Shown here: positions 13,001-25,985 of the stretch, piece after piece | Position numbering within the stretch: the first letter of the stretch is position 1 | How the letters are laid out: every line of letters begins with the position of its first letter | Assembly: GCF_964204645.1 (NCBI RefSeq) | Contig: NC_134036.1 | Span: forward strand, 3,224,001-3,288,000 | Length of the DNA stretch: 64,000 bases | Source of the DNA: Tubulanus polymorphus | Taxonomy: Eukaryota; Animalia; Nemertea | Direction of reading: 5' to 3' | The notes under the pieces: model-generated | What the model saw: only the letters and a program-made list of their open reading frames with translations | The model's database searches: none | What the model was told of the DNA's origin: nothing | Made by a program: the position numbers and the translations under genes

Positions 13001-15427
13001 CGTCTCTACGACGCCGACGAGGAGGCGGCAGATCTTACCAGCACGTAAATAGGAAGGATCTCCGCCGGTTTCCGTGGAGACAGGATCGCTCGGAGGAGTA
13101 TCTACAAAATACAACAATTGAAACGTAACTAATTTATTAAACACAGTTCATCACCATCATCATTAACATCAAAAACATAATACAACTATAATTCTGATTT
13201 CGGTTGTGAATTAAACCTTAAAATGGTCTTAAAGGCTCAAGACTTGCCTTATTACTTGACAACGATTAAGATTTTAAGGTCCGTAGCCACTGGGAAAAAC
13301 CATAGTTAAGATTACCACAGCTTTTCAAGGGCCTGGACAATCCCCATTCTCCGAAAATCCTGTTATTAGATTTCTTACAGAACTAAAGTGAGTTCAGACT
13401 GTTCTTAAGTTTTCTCGTTTTGCCATAGAACGAAAAAGAGCGAAGCCCATCTTGCCTCCGTGACCTAACAACTACAGATATAAACCGATCTTAATTCTAT
13501 AGCATTTACCCAATCCAATAAACCAGACTAAGCCCATTCTGGTTCTATAGCCATTCCAACAACCTAGGACCAGTCTCAGTATACCAAATCTAACAAATTA
13601 AATCCTAGACTCGGCCCCTCTTGGCTCTGTACCCAATCTACACCCGAACTTAGGACCAGACTTGTAAAAATCTTTCCATGACGGCGCCATTCGACGAGGG
13701 TATCTTAATTGAAAAGCCGAACTTCTCTCTTCCAGCGCGGCGCGCGAGTGAGTAGGAGCCGCCGTGGTGGCTGTTGTGTAATCAAACCTTCACAACTTTG
13801 CAACCCGAACTGCACATCAGTTACAACTAAAACAACCTTCAAAACGCTGTTTGTATACAGAGTACGCGGCATTCGCACACATACACTGTACTCACAGTGG
13901 CGCAGAGCAATGGAGTGCTGCGCAGTGAGGCAAGGAGCCGCTGTCAGTTGCTAATTTATACATACACGCTCTAAACTGCTCAGGCTTTTATTTCTTTAAA
14001 CACGGTTAATAGACTTGCTCGCTTTAGAGTGAGAGGGGAGGAAAAATACAGAGAAGAGAGAGAGAGAGAGAGTGAGAGAGAGAAAGAGTGAGAGAGGGTA
14101 GAAAAAATACTTAGAAAGAAACAACCGCTCGAGACTAATGGCGCTTTATGTATTGTGTGTTTAACTCAGCGGTGAGTGGAGAATGAAGGGAAAAGAGATA
14201 ATATCATTTTCTGCATCTCTTTATCTTGATAGAAATTGTTACCGACGAAATTCTATCCCGCGTCGAAGCCAAATACGGAGTAAGAGTTTGTGAAATACAG
14301 TAGACTCTGTCTCTCACTGCGGTGAAGTTGAGACCGGTAGAATTCCACCCCGAGTTGGTGTCAAATACTGAGTAAGAGTTTGTGAAATACAGTAGACTCT
14401 GTCTCTCACTGCGGTGAAGTTGAGACCGGTAGAATTCCACCCCGAGTTGGTATCAAATACTGAGTAAGAGTTTGTGATTAGACTCAGTCCCAAGTTGAGA
14501 CGAGTAAAATACTGAGAATACTGTGGACCCAAACTGGCCATCAACGCGATATATTATAAACCCTTTTGAGTTACACATACCTTTCCAAGATGAGCTGAGC
14601 TTTTTTATATCACAGATATCTTCATGTCGGGGTACCTCTGAAAAAGATAACACGTACTAATTACGAGACGAATAGACGGAAATTTGACCTACGAGTTGTA
14701 CAGCAATAACCGAGCGTTGAAACGTTGAAACGAGGAGTTCTCTTCAATCCAAATATAGAAAACTGATATCTGACAGCTACAAATCATGAGTAAGACATAA
14801 AAGCGATCTTGATTTCAATTATCAGAGGGCCCGATATTTGAGACAGTGGCGAATCATAATCGCGCGCAGACTTAGCGTCGTCTAACGTCTAACGTCGGCT
14901 GGCTTTTGAAACGTTGTATCAGTAGTCCAGGATTTGAGTGGTTGTTCGCCTACGACCGAAGTAGAATCTAAAACCACAAGTTAAAGGACCACCATGAACT
15001 CATCCAGCGATGCTTAATGCATATTTTTGCGAAAACGAAAAAGGTAAAGCTAAAAAGTTGATAACCCGTTTCTCATTTCTGCTGACTCTGACCCGACCAG
15101 CCGCTATATCTACCCACTAAATTACTTGTATTTCTTTTAAATCATGATCAAGCTAACTAACAGACCCGGCAGCTATATGAATGAACTGATTACTAATTTT
15201 ATTTCAGTTTATGATATTGACCCGGCCGACTATGAGAAACGAGGTATCATTTTATTTTCGCCTGAAATATGCGACGATGTTGTATCTGGCCGTTTAACCG
15301 CCGTTTAGCGGGAAAAACGTAGAAACATAAAAGTTAAAAGGGTACAAACATATATAAAGTTAATTGCCGAACGAATACACAACACAATACTACAAAACTA
15401 AAGACTCAATTGTCATGTAATGTACGC

Positions 15428-15494
<67 letters not shown>

Positions 15495-18400
15495 GGATTG
15501 AAGTTGGCGTTGTATGGGAGACAGGCAGCCAGGCAGGCAGCCAGCACTGGTATACAATAATTATTTCACTGGCGCCAATGTCTGTACACCATGCAATTAT
15601 AAGTGAGGAGCGCTTTACTAGTGAACGAGGCTCCCGAAGGGCTCTCCAGTTCGTCTAATACCCTAGTGTGTGTGTGTGTGTGTGTCTCGTAGTCGTCACG
15701 AGAGGGGTTTCCACTTCGCTATTGACTATGATTACGAGGTTTTTAAAATCGGCGCCACCCGCCGTGTGTGCGGAAATTTAGGTTTTGTCAAAAACGAATA
15801 TTTCATGGCATGGAGCTGTAATAGTTGGACTGAACGCTCGTGCGCGCAGATTCACACAGGGTTCCCAGAACGACGATTGCGCGCGTGCATACACTAACGA
15901 TTTCAATACATTTTGACACAATATTCGGGTGGTTAAAACTTTAATCCAACCAGAAAAATAGATCAAGAAAGAGAGAGAGGGGGAGGCAGGGAGACAATAG
16001 AGAGGTCAAGCTAGTCATGTAACATGCTCAATGCCTTTGTTTTTGATATATATCACAAGACCTATATGCACGAAATTGACCGGTTCAAGACGAAGAATCT
16101 TCTACATCAGAATTTTGAAGGTAATTTCCCGATTTCCGCGGGAAATGCCCGCATTCACTGATTTCCCTGCGTAGAATTTGGAATCCGAAATTCCCAGATA
16201 TTCCTCGGATGCCAGTCAACATTGCAAGACATCATTTTATACTGAATCATGTACCGATAAAGAAACGCGTGGTCAATAGCATAATCTGAATTCCCTGAGT
16301 TTTCGGTAAAATCTGTCTCAAATTACCCGCAGTTTTCCAAGAATTTTACTAGAATTTCCTAATTCCCTGAGATTTCTAGGATCTCCAGGTTTTCCAAGTC
16401 GGTGGCGCCACCCCGTTAATAGAGGAGATTTCGAACCGAATAATGAAAACTTCGGGAATTTTTTAGCGGTACATGCATATCATTAATACGTGCAGCATCT
16501 ATATAACTACGCCGACTACGACAGGAGAGGACAGTTAAAACCGGATAAGAGTTTGTGAGCGCCGATGAGAATGTCGTCCTCTTTCACGTAGTCAACAAGC
16601 GAGTAGATATTACACTTGACCTCAAATGTGTTTCAACGACGACATAACGCGAAAAAAATTTACAAGCGTTCAAAATCGTGTCAGTTGATATTTTTCAGTT
16701 ACTATATTCTTACAAAAGCAAAGTTTGCCATTGTTGTTTCGCGGTAACGCCGAACGCGCGCGCGACGACGCAACTCTTTGCGCGAGGTATTTTTTGCCGA
16801 ACGAGAAAAATCTCGAAAAGAAAAATCGAATGAAATCGATGCGCGAGTAGTTAAACCGGAAATTAGTACGTTCGAAGCCGAATAATGTACAAAATATAAC
16901 AATATTAGAAATAAACTTCAGGGATTAACGAGTTTTTTTTTCCAAAATTGCAGTTGATTTGCTTGGATCGAGGCTTGAAATTAATACGTAACCTTGTCTC
17001 ACAAAAAATCTTTTGTTTCAGTGCTAAGGATGGAGGTTTGAATCGATGTCGATACCCAGTAAAGAAGACAACTTCGCGACCACTGAAGATGGTTGAGCTG
17101 ATAGCACCGATAAACGGATGATCTCGGCGCCACTGAAGAAAATGATGGGCTTTAGCACCGCGCGCAGTCAATACCACTTTAGGCCGATAGGACAGTGATA
17201 TGTCAGGAGAAAAAGAAGCTCTTCGTGCTGACGAAGAAAATGATGGTCCACTGGTTGTACCACTTATGAATGAATGTAGTCGATACCGTCGGAGAAGATG
17301 CGGGCTGATACCATAGATGAAAAGGATGGAAGGAAAAGGAAATACAAATACACCCATCAAAAGTAGTAGAGAACCAGTGTTCTCCACAGCGGGTTTCGGG
17401 GTCACGGCCACCTCTATCATTTTCTACATCTGAGTATAGCTATCCCTCATAAAATATCTGCTGCCCCTACCAGCAATAGAAGATTACAACAAAATTAAAC
17501 TTGATCTTCTGTGGTTTTTGGGAGATCGAAAGCTGCGCTAGTTAGGCAGCCACGATATCATAGACTTGGCAATGAATGCAGCCCACATAAAATTCCAGGG
17601 GCCAGTTGCATAGTCGTGACTTAAGTCCAAAAGTGGTCTTAAATGTTCAGACTGGTCTTAAGTTGTTAGATTAGCTATAGAACTAATTTGGTCTTAGACT
17701 CTAAGTCATGACTATGCAACCGGCCCCAGCTTACGGAGAATGATGGAGAACCCACTGAAAACCCCTCAAAAATTAGAAGACAAAATCAGAACTTACCGGG
17801 TACGATGAGTATACTATAATGATAAGGATTACAGCAGATAAATCCTGATTCGTTGTGCGCGCAACACGGCAGTTTTTTACGTTCGAACTTCGCGGCGAGC
17901 TCCGGCCATCGGAACACCTGACACAGCAACAAATCGACGGGTCGCGTCGTCGCCGCGGCGCGAGACGCGGTTCCGACGCGTACGGGCGCGTCGGGCAGCG
18001 GTACGCAGACGCCCATTTCGCCGCCGCGCGATTCGAGGCACTGCGCCAACGATTCGAGTTGCGATTCTTTCAGACGTTTCAGTAAAGCGTGTAAAGTCGA
18101 TTCGAGTTCAGTCGTCGGCGTTTCAGACGAACCCGCGGTTTCATGTTTTAAAGACGACGAAGAAACCGCGCGATTTTTCCAAATACGTTTTATCAGCGCA
18201 GACCTTTTATTCCTGAAACAGAAAAAAACAAGAAACGTTGAAAAATAACAAATATATTGCTTATTATTGTCGATAATAAGATAATAAATTATTATCAGAA
18301 TTTATTGAATATAAACTAAGAGTTATGAAATATTGAAACACAAGATATAAACTAAAATTCACGATGGCAAATTGTTATTTTGAAACGCCGATATTGATGA

Positions 18401-19117
18401 CAAGTACACATCAGCCTTATATAACGCGTACTAGGTATCTATAGGGTTGATTTAATTCAACTTAAAAAAATATGTGTTCACCAAATGTCGATCGCAATTG
18501 CCAATGGACGAGTCCTCGGTCAATTTTTTTCTAGCAAGCTCTAGGCTCAATTCCATCATAAAGATTAAGCATTGACTACTACAATCTACAAACGTTCAAC
18601 AATCTGACACAAAGCGAGCGCTCCGGCTTATTTCTATGGGCGAGGAATTAATTGACCTTATATAGATTCACACAGCGAGTATGTTACATTGTATCAGGGA
18701 GGTGAAGACAATGCATCTTCTTAATTCCTCATAGTTGTGGTATAATAGACTCTTATTGAAATGGACAGCATTGAAATTGACTTCGCTGACTAAATCTAGA
18801 CAAAACAAAGCTGACACCTTCAACAGTGTAATAAAACTAGAAAACCCATAACTGTTGTAGCAGCAGAGAACAGTTCAGATAAGCTGAGCCAAGGTATAAT
18901 ATACGAAAATTAGCCCTCCCTGTCCAACATCAAGAACAAATCAGTATTCGAGTAGGCCTTAGCGATAAAAGGGTTAACCATTGATGATAAACGATACACT
19001 TCAGTCAGCACCGAGCGACTTACTAAGAAAAGTCAACGAACTTTTCACAAGAAAAACATTGTCATAATCGCTAAAAATATACGTGAATTAAATGCTCCCA
19101 ATTACATACCTAAACAT
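4087..19117 (-). CDS. SMAD6/7: Inhibitory Smad (Smad6/7, Dad-like), ~371 aa; exons 19117-19110, 18212-17797, 13101-13039, 4715-4087
   Basis: The spliced product begins MFRNKRSALIKRIWKNR, matching the I-Smad N-terminus. It has a divergent MH1 (LLLCQVFRWPEL...CCNPYHYS), a linker (PVSTETGG) and an MH2 (WCNVAYWE...[26 protein letters not shown]) with no C-terminal SSxS. All junctions are GT-AG with consistent phases (1116 nt in total). Confidence 0.93.
4900..5108 (-). mobile_element. tRNA-derived SINE with a conserved-type central domain
   Basis: The minus strand has a B-box (GGTTCGAACCC) followed by gtccctgggcaaagcgctt...cctctctccacccaggagtaaacaggtacc, which resembles the central domain of widespread metazoan (MetaSINE-like) SINEs. 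Confidence 0.6.
8868..9190. repeat. Dispersed intronic repeat family (probable non-autonomous DNA element); other copies at ~37315-37510, ~45050-45325, ~55995-56280, ~57950-58075
   Basis: Shared core ttttccctgacttgatc..ctaagaatcc.atc..ttaacacagtcaaatacg..gac..ggaaactgtttgatt, and cagggtggcc / ggccaccct ends. Confidence 0.7.
10028..10210. repeat. 39-bp minisatellite, ~4.5 copies
   Basis: Unit gtccagagacaaattaaacccacacaactgtggaactgg. Confidence 0.9.
14240..14520. repeat. 92-bp minisatellite, ~3 copies (same family as 58483-59210, opposite orientation)
   Basis: taagagtttgtgaaatacagtagactctgtctctcactgcggtgaagttgagaccggtagaatt... recurs at 14281 and 14373. Confidence 0.9.
14867..14882 (-). promoter_or_regulatory. 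Bipartite BMP/Smad response element in a Smad6/7 intron
   Basis: The minus strand reads GACGAC-GCTAA-GTCTG, an exact match to GRCGNC-N5-GTCTG (the Smad1/Mad plus Smad4/Medea element). Confidence 0.45.
15430..15491. repeat. (TA)n microsatellite
   Basis: About 30 consecutive TA units. Confidence 0.95.
17599..17726. mobile_element. PIF/Harbinger-type MITE with CAG target-site duplication
   Basis: cag|gggccagttgcatagtcgtgacttaag ... ctaagtcatgactatgcaaccggccc|cag. The same family occurs at 50154-50413. Confidence 0.75.
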
Positions 19118-21120
19118 GCACAGACTGCAACTGCCAGCATCCGTGGACGTGGTTGCTGCTGCTGCTGCTGCTGCCGCTGTATTGATGGATAGGTGATAAT
19201 TTTCTTCATCCGTGGTATCTTTACTACTCGGAGGATGATCACGTCGTATTTCGGAGCAGGAGGAGTTGGAGTTGGAAGCGGTGACCACAGCAGCGAGACT
19301 GGAGTTCGTAGTAGTCGTTGGTGTCGCGGTTCGACCGCCTGTGCCGACTGGTGATGGTATTATTACTACGGATGATGAAGCTGAAGAGGACGATGACGAT
19401 TCGACGATGACTCTGCTCCGGCCAGGGCTGCTGCAGGCTGCTCTCCTCAGTATGTCAAACGCGGCCGTCGTAACTTTTGAAAAATACACCAGCAATGTCG
19501 CCGATTATCGAAGCGCATCACAAATCGCTATTTCAATGACGACGATGCTACTAAAGCTTACGAAAATGACCCTGAATATAAATATGACCCTTAATTATAC
19601 GAAAATGACACTGAATTACCGCGCTATATATGAATATATCAATGTTGTTATTTACCGTTGGCTGCTTCTACAATCGCAAAAATATACCTCCTTTTCTCTC
19701 AAGTTGCAAATTCAACAACTATTCAGTGTAGAAGATGAATACCGGCGTAAATCCTTTTTTCTTCTAGAGATGCCGCACAGATTTAGTAGAGTAGTAGTAA
19801 TAGAAACCGCACAAGATAATTCCTGGGTTTATGAACCCGCAAATAAATCCGCTATTTAACTACTTTGAAACCGGGTGAGCACGGTGGCTCTTTAAATAAA
19901 TAAAATGAAGAGAGGATTGAGAGAGAGATGCGGCTCCGCTGTGGCTAGCCTCCTATGATACACCACACACTAGAACTAGAACTACATCCACACACGTCCT
20001 TTCTCCGTTAATATTACCAGCTTTCTCGTCGGTGAAAATAAACGCTCCGGACAGCGACTGATATTCGTGCAAATCCTAGATCGACATCGGCACCGAATTG
20101 ACACGGCCGAAATTCGAGTTGTTAATCCGCGCGGATTCTGAAATATCTATCATTCAGTAGTTTTGACGAGCTGTAGTTCGCTATGCGTGTTGTGAGTGTG
20201 TGTGTAGTACTCGAATGTAAACTGCTCTGTGGCCTGTGCCATCATTCACACACTGCGCAGGGAGAGCACGTTCTCAGACAATTCGGCACCGCAATGGACT
20301 ATTCCGCTATAATTAATAAAGGGGCACCGAACGCGCAGTTGAGAGTTTAAAATGCTCTAAAATTTTCAAATTTCAATATCGTTGTAATCCCGATGAATTT
20401 GGCGGATGAACGAAAGCCAGTTTAAAACGATCGCTAGCTGATAATATCAAATATGTACGATCAATATTTGTTTTGAGCTTGACCGGAAGGGTCAGTCCGT
20501 AGATCGATTATGATATTGATTTTTTAGACTTCCATTTTTGTTCCCAATTTCACGTCAACTCAGCGAAATCATTTCCGCTAGCAAAGTTTTATTCTCATTG
20601 TGGTTATACACTTTCATTGGGATGAGAAAGACTTGACCTTGTCCTCAGTCAGATCCCCAATTCACGAAAATACAAGAAAACATTTATTCTAAAACTTAAC
20701 ACTCGAAACTTTATTTCATCTCTTCGCAAAAACAAATTGTTAATTAATTAAAGTACTTATTACAACATGTAAACAACAAGATTGAGTTTGACATTCACAT
20801 GCGCCATCTGATGACATTCTAGAAGAACTAATTGAGCTGTATAAAACTTGAAACTCTGCGATCATACACTGCATTGTTTAGAGTTAGCATTCATATGATG
20901 TACAAATCAACCAAAGTTTATCTTTACATAATATAGTTTATACATACATTCAAATTAGTTACTGTTTCCAATTCACTAGTGTACTAGTACCAGAAAAAAG
21001 TACAGCATTCACTGGATATTATGTATGGTACATTAACAATATATTTGTTTTTGCATCGCCCGATGGAAATTTACTATCATTTAAAACATGTATCTAAATC
21101 ATTTCATACTATTAAGAGGT

Positions 21121-22103
21121 TCATTTTGACGAAATGAAATTTTTCTTCACATAGTCCACTCCTTTGTTGGTGTAATGTTTGATTGTTTTGGGCGATTCTT
21201 CGATAGCTTTAAACGTCGTTTCAACTCCTAGAAATATAGATCGATGAATTAAGCAGGTGATTTCAGAGAAATCAAGATATCAAAAATTCGTATTATATTT
21301 ACCACAGTTCCAATATATGGCCACTTTCTGCGACGAGTCATTAACCGAAGGAATCTGAAAGACAAAAATAAGAAAGTTTTAGTTCTATTCTAAATGAAAC
21401 GACTGGACCTAGTTCCACAATTGTGAGTTAAGATTTGACTCAGAGGTAACTCATCAAAACTGAACTAATTCTAACTCAGAGTTAACTCTATAACTCCTGA
21501 CTGTCAAACTGGATCCTGGACTATATCCACTTGTCTAATCCTACAATAACATTATCAACTAAGAATATAATGATCCTTCTTGAGTACCAGACACCGGATT
21601 GTCAATGACATCCTATAATATAGGATGCCGTGGACTTAAACAAACAATTTATATACCTTCATGAAATATTCGTTTGCTGTAGGAAGGACGGTCGTACGAA
21701 CTTTGGTCAAAGCGCGATACCCGTTGTGACTGGAATCCCAGATACCTTCTTTCACCGTCACATACACGGCCCCGCCAACGATGCCAAATTTGGCAGTCCA
21801 CCTGTGAATGTAGCAAGAAGGGGAAATAAATGTTAAGCAAAGTTAAATTGCCAGTTTTTATCGAGAAAGCAGCGATGTTTTAGAGACGTCTCGAGAAATC
21901 CAAATAATGTTCTACTCCGTGTCAAAATGAAAAACTGCAGAAATTGGTTAAAAAAAAGTGCAGATCAATTACATTAAATATCACTGTCTCAGGATCAGGA
22001 GGGCCTTGTTTCAGACAGAGAATGTCATTAGAAATTTTATTACATCATTGCATATTCGATAGGTGTGAATCAAATGTACTCACTTCACAAGCACGCCCAA
22101 CAT
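21121..22103 (-). CDS. MICOS13: MICOS complex subunit MIC13 (QIL1), ~107 aa; exons 22103-22084, 21801-21657, 21354-21303, 21227-21121
   Basis: Spliced product MLGVLVKWTAKFGIVGGAVYVTVKEGIWDSS...KVAIYWNCGVETTFKAIEESPKTIKHYTNKGVDYVKKNFISSK. It has the QIL1-family GxxxG/GGAVY transmembrane segment and the WNxG motif, and the splice phases are consistent. Confidence 0.88.
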
Positions 22104-23149
22104 TCCTGGTCGATGAGAATTTAGCGAATGAGACCTGCAAATGAAGAAGGTAGCAAGCAAATAAAATAGAGATTGAATTTACCGAATTGAATTGTAATTT
22201 GTACCTCTAATTAATACCAACCCATAGGCCTAAAATGATCAAAATAAGAGACACCTGCTTCGTTAAAATAGTTTAAGTAAATGGAACCTCAAAATGTGTA
22301 CCATTAATTATCATTGATAGCTGATAATCAAACGTGATTTAGAGTTAATTTCATTGACACTCACCTTCACAATAAATTTTGATTTACTTCGCTTGCGTTG
22401 ACTGATCGTAGACGGTCAGGCTCGAGTCCCAAATTTGCCGAGTATGGCCATTCTTAAAAATCCGCAGACCTGCCCTGAGAGGCGAATGGTCTAACTGAGC
22501 AGTATAAATGTCAAACTTGCCTTAATTCAGATGAAACGGCGTGGCAAACTCGGCGCGCTCCTGAGAGAATGAAAAAAATAATACAGCGTTGCCCAGTGAA
22601 TTTTTATTTTCTTTGTAACTAGCACTGTTCATATATGTGAAATAATAAAATATTGTAGAAAAGAATTGTATTTATTCATTATTGGCTATTCGCACGGAAT
22701 ACTCCGAAGGATAGTCGTACGGATTACTCCGAAAACTATTACGAACCATGGCTGAATTAGCCACAATTAGGGAAACCAACAATGAGCGAATAAACAAAAA
22801 TAAACAAACGAACGAACAAAACATGTACTTCTATTTTGAAAAAATATCAGCACATTTTCATTCCATAACACAGAAATAAAGAAAGTTTGAGAGCATTTCA
22901 ATTCATGCCTCGTCCAGGAACAATTATAGTCACGGATATAAATCAATATTATTTATTCGAAGAAAACTCATGGTAGAAACAACGATGAAATAAACAAAGC
23001 AGGACCAAGCCCAAGGGTTTCATTTGAATCAACCTTTGATTGTTGCTAAAACCTCATGAAACGATTGGAAGGTTTTAACGTGAATCATATTTATTTTTAT
23101 AATTTACATCAATTATAGAAAATGCCAGATTACGTGCTTGAGGAATTAT

Positions 23150-24690
23150 TAATGTAAGTTCCTCAAACACGTTGACTGTACTATTTCAAAATCAGTCCAA
23201 CCACAGTTGACGTATAAACTATAAACTAGGACAATTTGCTAATATCCTCATTTATCAAGAAACTCAACTCTATTTCCCCTTAATAAAATCACACGAACAA
23301 CTGAAAACTACAAGGTGAAAAAGTTGCTATAAACTAAACAATTGAAGAGTTATGAAGAGTTCATGATGAAGAACATGTGTGTCGTTTTATTCTTATGACA
23401 ACTATTTTACATTGCTAAATGACAGGTATCATACTCAAGGAATTTATCATATAAGTTTCTCATTAACAAACACGTGAACTGTATAGCAAAAAGAGTTCAA
23501 CATAACATAATTAAAAGTATTAAACGAGAGATAAAAGTACGAATTCACTCTAAAAAAGCTTAAGATAAACAAACCCATCTTTAATTTCATGTTGATTGAC
23601 AATTATTTTTATTAGAAAAATATAAATTTGCAAACTTTGCCTCGTCTTAACTTAAAGATTTTCAAACATAATAAATTGCTTGAAATAAGTATTCAGACGT
23701 TTTTTCTTCCAGCTTTGAAATGAAAAATATCAAAATAATTATACTATCAATAACAAATCAACAATGATATCGATAATTTATGTTTATAACGTTTTTACGT
23801 TCGTGTAAATTGTATCAATCAGATTTTATTCCCCAGATTACCCATTAAACAATTAATACAAAATGTCAGGCGAGTGCTCAAGGCAAGTTCCTAACATTTG
23901 GGTTCTATTTCAAAAACAGTCCAACCATGGGACAATTTACTAATTGTTCATATATTCCTCATTTATCAAGGATCATTTATCCTCTTTTTTCGACAGGACC
24001 TTAATTAAATCAGTATTTTATGAACCACTGAAAACCACAACATTGAAAAAGTTGCTATAAACTAAACTAAACTAAACAATCGAAGTGGATGAACATGTGT
24101 GTAGTTTTATTCTTATGACAACAATTATACCTTGTTAAATGACAGGTATTATACTCAAGGATTCATCATGTAAGATCCTAATGAATATATAACATAAGTT
24201 CCTAGTGAACAAACACGTGAACTGTATTGCGAAAACAGTTCAACATAAAAGCATTAAACTAGAGATAAAACCTATGAATTCACTCTAAAAAGCTTAAGAT
24301 TAATAAATCAATCTTTAATTTCATTTGAATTAACATTATTTTTATTAGAAAACTAGAATTTTGCAAACTTTTTCTCGTCTCATCTTAAGGATTTTCAAAC
24401 ATAATAAATTCCCTTGAAATAAATATTCAAGGTAAAACCTACGAATTCACCCAGGACAGCCTAAGATAAACAAATCAATCAATAATTTCATTTTCGTTGA
24501 CATTTTTATTAGAAAACTATATTTCTACCTACTTACATTGTCTCAATTGAGATTTTAAGACGTTATTACTTCACTGACATATTTCTTCCAGCTTTAGAAA
24601 ACATTAAATGATTATACTTTGAATAAATAATCAACATCAGTAATATCAGTAATTTAAGTTCATGGCTGTTTTAACATTCGTGTAAGTCAG
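23150..24690. repeat. Degenerate tandem duplication of an AT-rich ~700-750-bp segment, with an extra internal partial copy
   Basis: ctatttcaaaa.cagtccaacca occurs at ~23181 and ~23905. gaattcactctaaaaa.gcttaagat occurs at ~23541 and ~24276, and in degenerate form at ~24443. Confidence 0.8.
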
Positions 24691-25609
24691 TCGTCCATAA
24701 AAATCTTGATACATTTAAATGATTTCCAATCGCAGAAATTTGTTTCCAAGCAAATGTTAAAAAGCGAGTATGTACAGAAATGTAGTTGCGGCCCCACACT
24801 TTTTGGCCAAGTGATGATTTTTTAAACATTGAAATCCAAAAACAGAATATTACGCATGTCTTCTTTATTATGTCTAAAAGTTAAGTCTAAAAATTTATGT
24901 CGACATATTTTCGCACATACAACTTTTTAAAATCCTGGCTACTTAAACGTTTAGGCAAAGCACATTATTTTCATCCAAGGAAATATAAAATGAACCACTA
25001 TTTCTTAGATTGATAGACCATTCATCCAATCATGGCAGGCTGATACGGAGAACAGGTTTCAAATCATTCAAAGTTAAGCTTAACTAAGTATGAAAATTAT
25101 CTGAACTTAAGTTCACAATATCATGTTGATTCTACCGGTATATCTCAGTTTACGCGCAACTCAACCATTCTATGAGTCGCACCTAGGCAGTGGACGTGAT
25201 CATTAAAACAGCGTCACAAACCTAACTTAACTAATCTAACCTAACTTAACAAATCTATCTGGGAGCAAAGGTCAAAATCACACAGCGTAGATTTTTTGAG
25301 ACTCTAAGAAGGAACTTTCAGTAAAGATTACAAAACAGAATGACTCCTGTTTATAAATTCATTAGTCTTTTCGAAAACAGTTCGCCCAATTAATTTAAAG
25401 TATAAGGATGCGATTTTATTGCAATATTCAAACGTAGATAGTTCCTTCTCAGGCCACAGAACCCTAATTAACCTAACTTCAATTTCATTGAATAATTCAT
25501 TACAAGTAGACTGTAATCTGGTAAATTTTGTGAACCTACATTTCTGACTAGACCAGTTTGTACAAGTGTAAAAATAAATCAGTACTTTACATTACTTTGA
25601 AGTCAATTA

Positions 25610-25985
25610 TTGTCTCTGTTGCTCCTCGAGTGTTCATAAGATGCACAAGCTGCTCCTCAAGTGTTTATAAGATGCACTAGCCGCTCCTCAAGTGTTTCTA
25701 AGATGCACTAGCTGCTCCTGAGTCAGTGTTTATAAGATGCACTAGCTGCTCCTGAGTCAGTGTTTATAAGATGCACTGACAGCTCCTCAGTCAGTGCTTA
25801 TAAGATGCACTAGCTGCTCCTCAGTCAGTGTTTATAAGATGCACTAGCTACTCCTCAGTCAGTGTTTATAAGATACACTATTGTCTCTGCTCCTCCTGGA
25901 TCAGTGTTTATAAGACGCGCTATTGTCCATGCTGCTCCTCGAGTGTTGATGGGATCCGCTACTGCTGCTCCTGAATCGGTGTTGG
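25610..25985. repeat. 31-35-bp minisatellite, ~10 copies
   Basis: Unit gctgctcct(c/g)agtcagtgtttataagatgcacta. Confidence 0.9.

Noticed and set aside
16905-17420. 171-aa ORF in a Smad6/7 intron, and purine-rich pseudo-coding stretches (also ~5200-5540)
   Set aside because: No recognisable protein family and no splice phases fitting the Smad model. Probably decayed insertions.
19266-19859. 197-aa plus-strand ORF
   Set aside because: It is antisense to the Smad6/7 leader, low in complexity, starts at TTG and has no domain.
22365-22560. Coding exon of MIC13 or of a separate gene
   Set aside because: Stops occur in all three minus-strand frames, and MIC13 already has a suitable ATG at 22103.
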